Below, one piece after another: positions 1-12,992 of a stretch of DNA of 64,000 bases (its first letter is position 1; every line of letters begins with the position of its first letter). Under the pieces are notes generated by a model. It was given only the letters and a program-made list of their open reading frames with translations, ran no database searches and had not been told where the DNA came from. The translations under genes were made by a program, and so were the position numbers. Source of the stretch: Tubulanus polymorphus (lineage: Eukaryota; Animalia; Nemertea); NCBI RefSeq assembly GCF_964204645.1, contig NC_134025.1, positions 29,120,299 to 29,184,298 on the forward strand, given 5' to 3'.

Positions 1-2844
1 GACTGTCGTGGGTATTTCGTATACTCAGGGAACAGCAGGGTTATGTTGTCACGAAATATGCATTAAGAGACAATGCATGGATTGGATTATAGCTCAGAAA
101 CTGGAAACATGGAATCTGTAACTTCTTAAATCATCTAAATTAGTCTATTAGAAATGGTAGATGATTATGAGGCCACATGAGTGCATTTTAGTAAAAATTT
201 CACCCATCTGGAAGAACGACACGTTTCAGTGACGCCTAATCACCTTTTGATCATATTTGTAGTTCGCAAAACTTTAAAATTGTTTTTAATTTTATCTAAG
301 GGTCGTTTGTGTGTCCGGACGCTTGATGGGTACGCTGTTTCGTTTGGGCCATTCACAGAAAAAAAAGAAAAAAGAAAATTCGATTTGTCAAATTCTCAAC
401 CCACGCACTGAGCCACATTCATTGTGATCTAACGGTTTTTATTAACACCTAAGTTGCTTTCGTTTATGCCATTTGCTTTAGAAATGAACTTGACGGAATA
501 ATTCATATCGCAATTCGTCGACAGACAACCGACTTTCTGAAATCCATTACATCTGACCAAAAGTAGCCAATATCAATTCGTGATACAATCATTGGTACTT
601 ATTCACATGTGACGGGCGGGTTAATGTTGTTTGAGTTGAGAAGTGCACGATCCAAAGTATTCCAGACCCAATTATTTCGCAGTAATTGAGTTCATCGCAA
701 GGTTAGTTCTAGGACGAATTGGAACTCAGTAATAAGATTATAGATTTAGTTAAAAAGTAAATACTCCAACAGCAGGGACTGTCGGGGATCTGTGCATATG
801 TATAGCTGGGAAATACTTATGAACTTCAGTTGATTAACATCGGAATTTCACCAGCCACCTTGCTTTCTCCTACGAGAATGTTCTGAGCACGCCGTATCTA
901 GTTATCTAGTCATTAACCTTTGTTGAACTCGGATATGTGCGCCCTGTGATGTGTATTTACCTTCAAACGTAATAGTGTATCAAATATATCGGAAAGACAC
1001 GGACGATACTGTTATTCCAGACGGTACCGCGCTCGCTTAGACTTATAGATGAATAAGTCTACTACTTTAGCAACATCGTATCATGAATCGACCCGAACTT
1101 CCATGAACGCTTGGTGATGGCCGGATCATTATCAAACACATTACTGGTTTAACATTGAGCATTTTCATTAAACCATTTGTCGGTACCACATATGTACGAA
1201 GTTTCATGAAAATGGATTAGTTGTTTCCAGTATCGGTACTATATTATTATATTGGAATGACACAATAGCCGCAAAGTGCTCCCTGAACGCTGCGAATAAA
1301 CATTTTAGGCGACGATGCCTACAGTTCAATGTATTTGTTCAATTTAGCGCATACAAAATGTTTTAAACGTTACCGAATGATACCATCATTTTGTTATGCA
1401 TTTAGTAGCTACAGTGGGCATCTCACTCACCAGAAATATCTAATGGCATCTAGGCAAATGGGATTACTTTTTGTATATATATATATGTATTTATCTTTAT
1501 CAAAAAGTAATTCCATTTGCCTCTGGATATATATTTGGAATGAGGAACCCCCAACGCTCCTGTGGCAAGCAAGGACCCGCCAGGTTCGCTACTAGTTATG
1601 ATGAGCATGTTTCGTGTAGGCTACTGTGCTGCCGTCCACTTCGATCTTATCATTGTGTTCTTTCTTTTATCCTATCCTTATCGACATAGCATGATAATCG
1701 TGTGTGTACTTTATTGATTTCATACAATGTTTTTATTGTAAAAATTTTAGAGTTCAATAAAGTTCTATTGTATTGTTTTGTATTGCATTTCAAAGTGTTG
1801 TATTTTCCACATTGAATTTCTTCTACATTTCAATGGAAGCCGAATGAACTTATCGCTTAAATCATAATCAATGATCATTATACAGACATCGATAATGAAC
1901 TAATTTAGACAACGTAAAAAACTGAGTATTCGTCACGCCATCCGGCGGGATAAGTTGGTGTTACAGTTCCCCATTGGATTGGCCAGATATACGTGGATCA
2001 TAAACGGTGCTTTATATCTTGTTTATGCGACCATGCATTAACTCTTCCATGTACATGCATGCAAATGTATGTTAATTCTGTCGGTTCTACAGAGTTGGGG
2101 TTCGAAGATACAACATGAATGAAAATCATGTAAAGATTACATAAGCCGTGTTAAATTTGTGAATCCCCGGTGATGAACTTTTCCGTTTCTTTATTGGACA
2201 ATTCATTAGTATCGGGTAAATGCTAATCATCAATTTCGTGACATGAATGAAGAGAAAAGGCAACCGATTCGTTTAACAACGTCCCCACCTCGTGTTCCCT
2301 ATGATCTACAAAATATATTGGATGTCTGAAGGCCAGAAATGAATTAAAAGAAAACATAATCTATCAATCACGAATAAGAAAATATATTTAACGCAATAAA
2401 GATTGAATCATAAAGTGTTGATAATAAGCATTTAAGTACTCATTGTATTAAAAAGATTTCATATTGATCTACATGCATCGCCTCAGCAATTCGTGGTTGA
2501 ACAAAGAGTGATAGCAACAATCAAACAGTCGCTGAATTATATACACGGATTACGTCGTTCAATTATCTTTCAGATACATAAACAATTTTCCGGTGTTTAC
2601 AAGAAACTATCGGAAATATGAAGAACTGTACTATGCATACATCCTTGTAGGCGCAACCCATCAACTCACATATATACATGCGCATGTATGACAACATACC
2701 AAATTTCTATATACATGTAGATGTAAAGCACAAAGTTTTAACTTCTACAGTAAAATGCATAAACATAACATAAATTTACATATCTATTTGTATTCCATTA
2801 CATTCATGAACACTTGAATCACATCTGCGCATGTAAAATTATGT

Positions 2845-5800
2845 CTAACAATTGCTTGCACTGCGGATATCTTCCAACATTTTCTGGTGAATTTCTAACT
2901 GTTTTCTGAGGCGTTCAACGCGATTAACAGGAGGAAGCATATTACATATTTTATCTTCCTCAATTTCTTCGTCGTTCTCAGACTTTAAAGACGATTTTGT
3001 AACATCGGTACTGTTTGACTGTACTTCACAAGAATTCAAGCTAGGACCTAAAGCGACATTCTCAATGATCTGATCACTTTCGCATTCAGCAGATTCAACG
3101 TCAAACCAATTATTTGAATCGTCCGCTTCTTCCTTTAATATATCGACCTCGTCCTCAATCAATATTTCTTGTTTAACCACGAAGTCTCTAAATTCGCTTT
3201 TCGATGGTGATGGGTCATTAGGAAGTGCAGTTGGCCCTAATTTTGTCAAGATACCTGTTTCTTTCTTTACGCTTTTCTTTGTGGTCATTTGAGACGATAT
3301 CGGTTCAATCTGCTGATTGGAAAAACGAGACCTCCGCGTTCTTTTATCAAATCTTTCTATTTCGGAGGATTTACGTTTTCCACGAGGCATTGCGGCCTGC
3401 ACTTCACCAGTTCGAAGGCTCTCATTATATCCTGCAGGTTGTGTCTTATTTCGACCAGTTTGTTTTCTACAATGCTTTGCTAGTTCTGCTCCACGAGATC
3501 TTGTACTTGGCGACGAATCATTCCGTCGTACATCGTGTTCTACAAACTGCGTTGCCACCGTACTAGATTGCGATTCGGGTATAGATTTAGTTTGAAATGA
3601 TCGTGCTGATCCAATACGAAGCTTTCGATGCAACAAGTCAGATTTTGTTCTATGCGATGAGGATTTTCGATCGCGTGACCGACCAGGGCTCGATCCGGGT
3701 GGCGGCAGTGATGAGGACGGGTCTTCCAATCTATCCTTCATTATCTTACTTTGATTATTACCACTAACTTTTTCAGGTTTCTGAGTTTTCGGGAGCTGTG
3801 CATTCACCGCTGGACGAGTAGAAGTAGTGCTTTTATCTGCTTCGTCATTTTCTGGCAAATTTCTCTCCTCTCTGATTTTACTCTTACGGTTTTTTCTTCT
3901 AGTTTCACAGTGAGCTTTATCTGCTACGAGTTCGCTTTCTTCGGCAATTGTATTACCGTTCTTTTGCATTCCAAAACGGCATATTTTCAATTTATCCTTC
4001 ATTATCACATCGGACAACGGTACTTCATTTCGCTGTTTTCGACGTCTAAGAAAGTTACGGTAATCTAAGGTACTCGTTATTCGACGCCTTTTGATAATTC
4101 GTTTCCTCGGTAAGGGTGCCCCAGCGGTGACATTGGTGTCCGTTTGAGGTTTTATCAGCTCGACTGACTCGCCAGGTGAAATGTGAGATCTGTCAGCATT
4201 GTAAGAATTCTTGTTTGCAACATCATTTGGAACATATGTTGATGATGCGTTCGAGTGAGCCTGGCTTTCTATGCTAGCGGTAACTTTTATTTGACCTCGA
4301 CGGATCTTTCGTCTTTTCCTCTTCACGTAGTCTGACCTGTCCAATGACAGGCCACGTCGTTTCTTGACAGGATGACGCCTCTTCAGACAATTGGTCATAT
4401 GTTTTTCGTGTTCCTTTTTCTCTAGAGCTTCAGCCGATTCGTTGCTGACATTAAGCGCACCAGTCATATCGGCTGCCCTAGTACTTTTTCCATGCGATTC
4501 AGATGAAGAATCTTTCCCGACTACCGGACTAGGGCGGTGCATCTCGATGGGTCTTCTACGCCGCTGGCCTCTTATTTCAATTTGTTTCTTCACTAAATCT
4601 GATACAAGCCTGGAAAGCATGTACCCTTTCTTTCTCTGTCGTTTTCGCCTTATCTGCATTTTCACTAAACGTTGTCGCTCAGGACTTGGCCCATCTCCAT
4701 TTGAAATCTGGATGGGTTGGATGGGTGTCGCTTTCATAGGTGACTCAGTAATTTCATCCAAGAATGATTTCTGGACTTTAGCTCTTTCCACATATTTATG
4801 TACATCAGGATGAACTCGCCGTAAATACCTCTGCCATTTTGGTAAGGATAGACTAACAGTTTTTTTGTTTCTTAATAAATAACTGATGTTACTCAATGTA
4901 ACGAGGCAGTGCTTGATATCGTATTTATCAATAAGTTCTTCTGAAGGTCGAGAGGGAGGGCGTATGCGAGAAAGAACTGGTTTTATATCAGGTTCTGTTT
5001 TCAGGCATATTTCGTCCATGACTTCATTAATGCAATTCTGATCAGGATTGTAGGGCTGTAGTTTTTCCTCCAAATGCTCCTTGATATTTTCATCCCAGAT
5101 TTCCTCAGCTATTTCATCAGTTGAAATAATGGGAGGCTTCAAAACACTGTCATCAAATGGAGCTATTGATTGGTGGTCATAAGACGTGATAACCTGGATA
5201 TTGTTCGAACAATCCTGAATAACTGGATTACCATATATATCAGTGTTAATCCCAACCCGATTCAGGTCCGTGACATTAAAATCGGTTTGAGGTATCAATG
5301 CTGAGCGGTTTATATCGATGCCATACGTGATTGGCATTAGCGGTTGAAGGGCCACGTCATATGCAACGATTGGGATTCCGAATATAGGAACAGCGCCGGG
5401 GAAAAAGTGCAAAGGATCATTTTGACAAATCATTTTACTATTATCTGTGTCCTTCTCGTTGTCTGGGGTTGATTTGATTTCATCACATACACTTTTAGTA
5501 TCTACCGGTTTGCTTTTCTGAGATAAATTGCATATATCAACGTCAGTGATCTTTTCACAAATATCATTTTCCTGATGAATGTCAATTTCCGATTCAACAT
5601 CATCAAGTAACTCATCTGGTGACGTTTCATTTTCATTTACTTCTTGGTCATCCGCATATTTATAACAGTAATCATGGTCTCGAAGGCATTGTTCTGCATA
5701 TAGATTTCTGTGTCCTTTCCAGTCCGAGTGAGGTGATATCATATCAGATGGCATTTCCTTTGCTTCATTTTCACCGTCCCCTAACTGACTTTCATTTTGC

Positions 5801-8532
5801 ATGCTGTTCGTGGAGGTTCCAGTTTCGGCATCAGTAGTTCCAGACGATGATAAAAGGCAAGGATTAGAGAAAGCGTCCTTACTATCAGCAGACTGAACAA
5901 TTCTACGAGAGTGAATTTGCTTTGCATTTTCAGGAAACGTTCGGTACATGTTTTCATCTTCGATACATTTATCATCTCTGCGTTTACCGACATCAGGGAT
6001 ACATGTATTTTCTTCTGCAATACTCGGATTTATGTCTTCGTGTTTCTTCTGAATTTCGGTATTTAATTCTACACTTGACTTGGCGGTTAATGCATCTTCA
6101 CTGTTGCAGTTGTTCGTGATTTCTGCTTCTTCCTTTTCCTCGCAAACAGTTCCTGTATCCATTTCATAGTTTACATTTATTTTTACCACGGACACCGCCG
6201 AGACGTTCTCAACATTTGATTCTACGTGTCCGATAGTTTTAGATATGTCCGAGCTGGATGAACTTATTTTTTCATTTTCCCGAAGAATACTTAGTTTCTG
6301 TTCAAGTGAACTATTATCCGATGTGCACGGCACTTCCGACGAACTTTCATTGACAGCAACGCATTTGTTATTCAAAATTTGAGCACAATCATGCCACATA
6401 CTTTCATCATCAGAACTAGTGTTTACTTTCATATCTTCAGGCGACAGGATTTCTGAATTTGAGCTTTCTTTATACACTTCGTGATATTCGTTTTCGATAT
6501 TGTCCGATGCACAAGTTGACGACACACTGTCAACAGAAATGTCATAATCACCAACTGCCTGCGGTTCGATACGCGCAAAATGTTCAGAGGAATCACGTCT
6601 TTCCAACATGCTCAGCTGTTGTGTATTATAGCGTGCTATTCTGACTTGCAATGAATCACCGCGCAGCAGTTCATCTCCCTCACTGGCAGTATAGTCGTCT
6701 GAAAAATCCGTAACAAAACTGGGTGTGGTCTCTTCATTCGTCGAGCAGGATTCAAATGACTTTTTAACATCGGGACATTCATCAGTTGGTGAAATTGCCC
6801 ATTCAGGACCGTCCGCATTTTGATGTAGTTTCAATTTTATCGATATACGTTCACGTTTTTCAGTATCATCATTCAATTGTCCTAATGAACGCGTGGCGTA
6901 CTTCTTAACAACTGACGCTTCCTTAGCTCTTACTTGCTTACGTCTTTTACGGCGGATACCGATATTAACGGGTCTCTTGTTGATGGGAACCCAGTTGAAA
7001 TTTCCTTTTGCCCAATTGTTTCGACGTTTTCGTATCCTTCTCTTCGGGGCTTTCGGTATCACAATGGGTGTTGGAGATTCGTCGATTTCTTGCTTAATGT
7101 CCATTGCTAATGTTGAAACTCTGGCTGCTGGCGCTAAACTGAATACGGCTCCGATTTTAAGATTGCACTCATCGGCATCAATGATATCTGGAGGATCGGA
7201 ATCACGAGCTTCCACATCCTCGCGAGTCGATTCCTTCACTCGAGGTTCAGATTCATTCGATGATTGTGTAAGTACAGGTTCTTTCGTAACTGATAAAACA
7301 GTTGGCGGAGACGATGATGCCGAACTTCCATTATCAAAGCTTTCCGGCGAGTCCATTACTACCGCAGAGGCTGCTAAAACAGCCTCAGATTCATGCAGTG
7401 TGTGATCATTTCTCAATTTCGAACCAATTTTCATTTTTGGGATGAATTCGTCTAATGTAATGAATTCGGGTTCATTTCTTCGCGGCGCTGAATGTGATGG
7501 CAGTGGGGTAGTTCCCAATTTTACGGGTTGAGAAGTAATGTTTTGACTAGGACTGAATGTATGCGGTTGCAATGATGGACTTAGTTGAAAATTATTAGAC
7601 ATTTGTTGTTGATAATCCCTATATTTGTCTCGATTGGCTTTCCATTTGAGCATATCACGAACCGTACATCCAGTTGGCCGGGAGTAATAACTGTTGAAAA
7701 CTTCATCGGTTAATGGCTTTGGTTGGTAGTAGGGTGGGGGCGGCTGATGTGCGGGAGGGGGAGTTGTATAATTTTGATTTTGCACCGTCTCATTGGTGGT
7801 CGTAGATGATGCTGAAAGGTAGTCACGTATTCTTTTTCTCGATTTGTTATGAACATTCAAGAACTGGTTTACATCAAGGTCTTCCTTTTTCAAGATTTTC
7901 CTCACGGCCCTTTGACGAACTGCAGCAACGTTTTGCGATGGCCGAATCCCTATAGGTCGAAAATGATCGGTTGTACCACGAAAATGCGAGTTCCTTGGTC
8001 TGCGGCTTGACCCCATACCCAGCGGTATGTTGATACGAAAATTAGGGTCATTTAGTGTCGGATAAGTTTTTGGTTCACGGCCAAATCTTGGGGCAACGTT
8101 CATCGCAGGGAGATCCATGTTTATCAGTGGAGGCGGTCCGCGGTCGTCTGATTGTCGGGCGAAGTGTTCAGAATTGTTCACTTTCAATGAATTAACAGCG
8201 GGGACTCTTAATAAATTACCAACACGTTGAAGTTCTGTCGATTTTGACGGCGTAGATGACGTCACACTTTCGGTTCTGTCTTGATCAGGTGAATTCTGGG
8301 TAGTAGATGAGACAACATTCTCGGCAGCAGCAGCATCATTAACAGAACTCTCTCGGGATAGAGGAGCTGATGAAACTGGTGCTGTAGTAGCTGGCAGACT
8401 GTATAGTGGCATCTGAACGAGAACCTGTTGCGGAATTCCATTCACTATTGCTTGTATTGGATAAACGCACATTTTTGGAGATTGAGCAACAAACTGTTGC
8501 GCCATGTCTTTATTCATTGGCTGTTGATGCAT
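2845..8532 (-). CDS. Large (~1895 aa) low-complexity, probably intrinsically disordered nuclear protein encoded by one ~5.7-kb exon; uncharacterised
   Basis: 5.8-kb stop-free ORF. A polypyrimidine tract and acceptor (ttcttgttttcag) ends at 8548, just before ATG at 8532 (MHQQPMNK), so the ORF-track start at 8670 is probably intronic. Many K/R clusters (NLS-like), S/D/E-rich tracts, PPPPY and DHDY motifs. No globular domain recognised. Confidence 0.8.
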   Translation of the reverse strand: MHQQPMNKDMAQQFVAQSPKMCVYPIQAIVNGIPQQVLVQMPLYSLPATTAPVSSAPLSRESSVNDAAAAENVVSSTTQNSPDQDRTESVTSSTPSKSTELQRVGNLLRVPAVNSLKVNNSEHFARQSDDRGPPPLINMDLPAMNVAPRFGREPKTYPTLNDPNFRINIPLGMGSSRRPRNSHFRGTTDHFRPIGIRPSQNVAAVRQRAVRKILKKEDLDVNQFLNVHNKSRKRIRDYLSASSTTTNETVQNQNYTTPPPAHQPPPPYYQPKPLTDEVFNSYYSRPTGCTVRDMLKWKANRDKYRDYQQQMSNNFQLSPSLQPHTFSPSQNITSQPVKLGTTPLPSHSAPRRNEPEFITLDEFIPKMKIGSKLRNDHTLHESEAVLAASAVVMDSPESFDNGSSASSSPPTVLSVTKEPVLTQSSNESEPRVKESTREDVEARDSDPPDIIDADECNLKIGAVFSLAPAARVSTLAMDIKQEIDESPTPIVIPKAPKRRIRKRRNNWAKGNFNWVPINKRPVNIGIRRKRRKQVRAKEASVVKKYATRSLGQLNDDTEKRERISIKLKLHQNADGPEWAISPTDECPDVKKSFESCSTNEETTPSFVTDFSDDYTASEGDELLRGDSLQVRIARYNTQQLSMLERRDSSEHFARIEPQAVGDYDISVDSVSSTCASDNIENEYHEVYKESSNSEILSPEDMKVNTSSDDESMWHDCAQILNNKCVAVNESSSEVPCTSDNSSLEQKLSILRENEKISSSSSDISKTIGHVESNVENVSAVSVVKINVNYEMDTGTVCEEKEEAEITNNCNSEDALTAKSSVELNTEIQKKHEDINPSIAEENTCIPDVGKRRDDKCIEDENMYRTFPENAKQIHSRRIVQSADSKDAFSNPCLLSSSGTTDAETGTSTNSMQNESQLGDGENEAKEMPSDMISPHSDWKGHRNLYAEQCLRDHDYCYKYADDQEVNENETSPDELLDDVESEIDIHQENDICEKITDVDICNLSQKSKPVDTKSVCDEIKSTPDNEKDTDNSKMICQNDPLHFFPGAVPIFGIPIVAYDVALQPLMPITYGIDINRSALIPQTDFNVTDLNRVGINTDIYGNPVIQDCSNNIQVITSYDHQSIAPFDDSVLKPPIISTDEIAEEIWDENIKEHLEEKLQPYNPDQNCINEVMDEICLKTEPDIKPVLSRIRPPSRPSEELIDKYDIKHCLVTLSNISYLLRNKKTVSLSLPKWQRYLRRVHPDVHKYVERAKVQKSFLDEITESPMKATPIQPIQISNGDGPSPERQRLVKMQIRRKRQRKKGYMLSRLVSDLVKKQIEIRGQRRRRPIEMHRPSPVVGKDSSSESHGKSTRAADMTGALNVSNESAEALEKKEHEKHMTNCLKRRHPVKKRRGLSLDRSDYVKRKRRKIRRGQIKVTASIESQAHSNASSTYVPNDVANKNSYNADRSHISPGESVELIKPQTDTNVTAGAPLPRKRIIKRRRITSTLDYRNFLRRRKQRNEVPLSDVIMKDKLKICRFGMQKNGNTIAEESELVADKAHCETRRKNRKSKIREERNLPENDEADKSTTSTRPAVNAQLPKTQKPEKVSGNNQSKIMKDRLEDPSSSLPPPGSSPGRSRDRKSSSHRTKSDLLHRKLRIGSARSFQTKSIPESQSSTVATQFVEHDVRRNDSSPSTRSRGAELAKHCRKQTGRNKTQPAGYNESLRTGEVQAAMPRGKRKSSEIERFDKRTRRSRFSNQQIEPISSQMTTKKSVKKETGILTKLGPTALPNDPSPSKSEFRDFVVKQEILIEDEVDILKEEADDSNNWFDVESAECESDQIIENVALGPSLNSCEVQSNSTDVTKSSLKSENDEEIEEDKICNMLPPVNRVERLRKQLEIHQKMLEDIRSASNC

Positions 8533-11500
8533 CTTCGGTTTCTTTTTCTGAAAACAAGAAAAACTCAGAATAACAGTGATTATTAAAGCTGCTGTCGTTT
8601 GCAACGTCCGAGACGGGTGCATCGGGGACACGCGCCTGGGGCCGTTTACATAGTCGAGACCGAAGACCAAAAGTAGTCGAAAATATCTATCTCTGGTCTT
8701 ATATCGTTAGATCATAATTAAGGCGGACGTAGTGGTTTAAGCCCTGACTATGGGACCGGCCCCCTGTGCGTATTTATTCAAAAGGTCACACGAGGCGGCC
8801 GCAATATAGATCGATCTCGTGATCGCGTATTCAGCTCGGATCCAAATTTAGTAATAACTTCCTGCTCATGATAATATTTCAATAGCGGCAAATTTATCAA
8901 ATACATATGACGCATCAAAAATGCATACATAAACATGCCCGTTCGAGTCCTGAAGGTTTTTAATATCAAACTTTACACAAGCCAATTTGGGTCATACTCA
9001 AATGAAATGTCAAATGATACGGTAGCAAAGGCGAGCACGACTTAGCCCTCTTGGTATTAGAATCTTCTCAACGAATAAAACTACAAAATCAGCTACAGAT
9101 GTCGAGGCTATTCGATAAAACTGAAAACGGCACAACATTTCCCATTTATTACTATGTGAGTAAATAGACAAAATACATTGACATCTACTTCAGTCATCGA
9201 TTTGAGATGCACCTGGTATAGAACAGCATATAGACGGATTATAAAGCGATATATTGTATATATGGCGAGAATATAGCAATTTTCTCTACAAATAGTATCG
9301 AGAACATGCTTCGAATTATAAATTTCTCCAGCTTCCGCCTCGATCGTGCAATAGTTGGACTACGTATTTATCGTAAATCGATTGATTTATTTTTAGTTCG
9401 TATTGTTATGACAGAAATATTCAAATGAATCAATTGATAATTCGATGCATTGATAAATGATAATTATCATCATTCTCCTCTGCGCCAGAGCAAGAAAAAT
9501 GCTTAGAATATATATATTGGAAAGTTAATCTGATATCCAACAGCAGTGCGTGTAACATTCTTCGATCATCCACATTATAAGCGGGTCATCTCGCGCATTG
9601 GAATAGGCTTTGTATAGAGACGGAGTTTGTATAGAAAGAATAATGGCAGCCACGTGCCAAGAAACCAATGGATTCCGCACACATGAGATCATGGCCTTAT
9701 TGCGTATGCACTAGAATATGAAAACAGTGTAAGCACAGCCTATCAAATTCATAAAAATTGTCTAAATATATACTCATAGCAGGTAAAACACAAAACGTAT
9801 ATACAGGGCCTACACACGATATCAATTTTGTACCTCTATTATACAACATATTTATCTTGAATTTACCAATTACACTTGATTTTACACTCACCCGTTTTTC
9901 TTTATCTACAATATATTTCACGTCATCTTTTAATAACTTTCACAAATAGATCTTCAGCAAGTACCGAGTACTGCAGTATAGTTTTTATTTAGTACTCATT
10001 CTGCGTATTACCCGGTGGTAAAGAGCTATGAAGCTGTGTTGTATTGAAGAGTATACGCTCAGTGTATGTGCGCAGGGCAAATCAATAACAGGAGACTAAC
10101 CTCGTTTACATACGAGACATAATTATAATTTTATGCACGCATGCGCTGCATTCTAATCAGCTTGGATTGCGCGCGTCTGATCAGGTCTCAATTTGTAAGC
10201 GCAATATTGTTCAAAATACGTTGATTATTAGGACGATTGAAGAAATACCAAACGGGCCTTTGCAATTTAGTTCACCTGGCTGTTTAGTTGTTACAGAAAT
10301 GCGTCTATCGACAACGTGAAAGTCATCAATTATGATTCCAAGATTATTATTACATGTGTAATGTAGTTCTTGTCACTATTTTCTTCACCATGATTAAAAA
10401 ATGTGGGTTGAAGAAGACTGGTCCATTCACGAGAATCATGTTGTGATTTGAATTTCTCATATAGACAAAAAAGAATTTGATACGCATGCTGTTATGGTTT
10501 ATAACGGTTTGATCGTTTTCAAGTGTGTTTTAGCCGAGTATGGAAAGAAACTTTTCTGTTTTACATACAATTCCTCAATAAATAGCCTGGCTTTAAGTCC
10601 GAAACTTTGTTCAGATCAACCATTTATCTCTCTGATCTCCAGGAGAAGTTTATTGCACATTTGGCGACTGAATCAATTCAAAAGCACTGGCGCTGACTGC
10701 ACGCTGTACACTTACCTCAGCATTTGAAAACGGATGAAAAATGAAAATAAGGTTATGGTACTAATTTCATTGAACATACTTAACTGGATGAACATTTATT
10801 TTTACCCAAGCTAGGCCCAGGCTCGGTAGCAAATAGCTCATCAGGCGTCAAGTTCGTAAAGTATAGTATAGTATAAACAGCTATTGTAGGCTGGCTACTG
10901 GAGCCGGTAGATGTTACCATTTAAAGTTCGTTTACAATGCTCGTTATCAAGGTTGCTACCGTTAAAATGATACAAAAGATATTCAATCTGGTATAGATTA
11001 AAACACAACTGTGGTGGTCATTTTCCGTAGTTTTTGTTTTCTCCTGACGAGGTACTTCGCCATTCCTATCTTGCAGCATATTAATGTGATTTCCCTTATG
11101 GTTTAATACTCCACGTATTCATTTTTCTCCCCTGGTTAGATCCACTGATCACCCTAATGGGTAGAGATATCTCTTTTCATTATTTTACCAATGAATTTCC
11201 CTCTAAAACTGAATAATTTTCAAATTCAAGCATTAATTTTGTATCCAAACCTCGGCAGGGATTCAAACCTGATCGGATTTCACGAGTAGTGCGCATAAAT
11301 ATGCGCACGTTTAGCCGCGCGAAAACTTGCGGCACCAATTACCTGTTGTATATTAATCACTGAATTTGCATTCAACGGACATCTTTAAAGGGACATCTTT
11401 ATAAATCTTTTATCTTTCATCTTTCATGAAAGGGACATCTTTATAGCCCGAGCTGAAATAGAACGTGATTTTTGATTGGCTATTAACGACATTATCTGAG

Positions 11501-12120
11501 CCGTGCATGTAACTGTGCACTCATGCTATTAAGGCAGGGGGTCGTAGAGATCTGGCTGAGATCAGGGGTTAAGATGGTTATATCTCGGAAAGCTATGAAC
11601 TGACTGAGTGATGATATCTATGTCACAGGTATTGCTCAGCTGTGACTTTACTTCAGTTGCTGACGCTTAACGGACAATATGACCCACTGTGACGTCACGA
11701 AATTTTCAATCGGATCGATCATAGAGATGAAGTTGTGTATTTCATTGCGTTTGCTGAATAAAATGACCGATGTCTAAACGTGGCTTGATTATCAAAACTC
11801 TGAGTTTTGCAGTTTGGTTCATGCCCAATAAGATAAGCCACCACATCAAATTTTTTTATCAGGGATGTCTATGTCAAATATTTTATTACCCAACCTTCAA
11901 TTCATGCGTACATATTAAAGGGTGATGTTTTTTGTTTTGTTTTCAGGCTATACACCGTGCATATTGTGTGTATATGAAAGACATGTCGAGCCTGTGTATT
12001 GATGTTTTTATTTTTTTGATCTTCACCGCAAATCAGCATCACAATATTCACAGCTGTAACATGTTTCCATGGTAACGATGAATAATGTATCGCCAATAGT
12101 TGCTTCTTATTTCAAAATTA

Positions 12121-12219
12121 GGGTCCAGTTGCCCGAGTGTTGGTTAAAGATAACCAATGGATAGCTGACACTGAGTGACAATTGACCAATCTTTAACAAA
12201 CTTTTGAGCAATTGAGCCC
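12121..12219. mobile_element. Short fold-back/MITE-like element (~100 bp)
   Basis: Left end gggtccagttgcccgagtgttggttaaagat resembles the reverse complement of the right end (gggctcaattgctcaaaagtttgttaaagat). Ends resemble the elements at 14332 and 53650. Confidence 0.5.
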
Positions 12220-12709
12220 TGTTCAATAAGGGCCTAATACATATGTAAATTCTCAAAATGATCCGTTTTGATACGTTTTTGCGAAAGTTCAACAAAAGTA
12301 GGTAAGTTGAGTGTTGAATAAATATTTATTGATAACTTTTGAATTAATCATAAAGTAACGTTTTACAAATCTATCTTCCCGTTTCCTTTTCTGAGCATAG
12401 TTTTATAGAAAGAATTGAACAATTTCGATCCATTACATCCTCAGTGTTGTGTTCGTGTTCGTGCTTTAATGAACATTTGGAACAAAATATATAAGGTTTC
12501 AGCAACAAGTTAGCCATCGTCCTCTAACAGCCAAATTTCTTTTTCAGTTGACGCATGGCTTGTTCTGGAATGCTGACTGAAAATACAGTAAGAAAATCGG
12601 TTTTGTTTTCTAAGAGACACATTTGTTTCAATGACAAAGGTAACTGTCTAATTTAAAAGAAGAATACCGATAGCCCTCAATATGGAGAGAAAAACTACAA
12701 GAGAATCAC

Positions 12710-12992
12710 CCTTGCTTACCAGGGTTTGATAGCCGCCCACCGAAACTCGCGCAACAGGAACCATGGCCGCCAGCAGGCTATATAATGTAGCCAATCAGAT
12801 GCGTAGCGAATCTGTCGGTGAAAAACAACGCATTTGATTGGCTAAATACATGAACTGGTCACCGCTTAGCGGCCACCTGCCCGCCGAAGAAATCTTGGGC
12901 ATTGTAATGTAATAGACCAAAGAAGGGTTTGCGGCCAGGGTGGGTGGCGGCGTGAGCTTCGGCGGAAGGAAATCAAACCCTGGCAAGCGAGG
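12710..12992. mobile_element. GC-rich inverted-repeat (MITE-like) element with a CAGGG-type core, containing CCAAT and TATA-like motifs
   Basis: ccttgcttaccagggtttgat (12710-12730) matches the reverse complement of 12972-12992 (cctcgcttgccagggtttgat) at 19/21 positions. Further internal similarity: ccgaaactcgcgc vs ccgaagctcacgc. Confidence 0.6.

Noticed and set aside
3225-7405. Numerous antisense or alternate-frame ORFs inside the large exon (likewise 58749-62902)
   Set aside because: Expected shadows of long coding exons, with no independent splice or start evidence.
8533-8670. ORF-track N-terminal extension with a hydrophobic stretch (possible signal/TM)
   Set aside because: Starts at TTG and translates the intron's polypyrimidine tract upstream of the 8548 acceptor.
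12546-12764. 25-aa spliced micro-ORF (MVPVARVSVGGYQTL/SAFQNKPCVN) with a good Kozak context
   Set aside because: The ATG is too close to the TATA-like box to be in the transcript and lies inside an inverted-repeat element. No recognisable homology.
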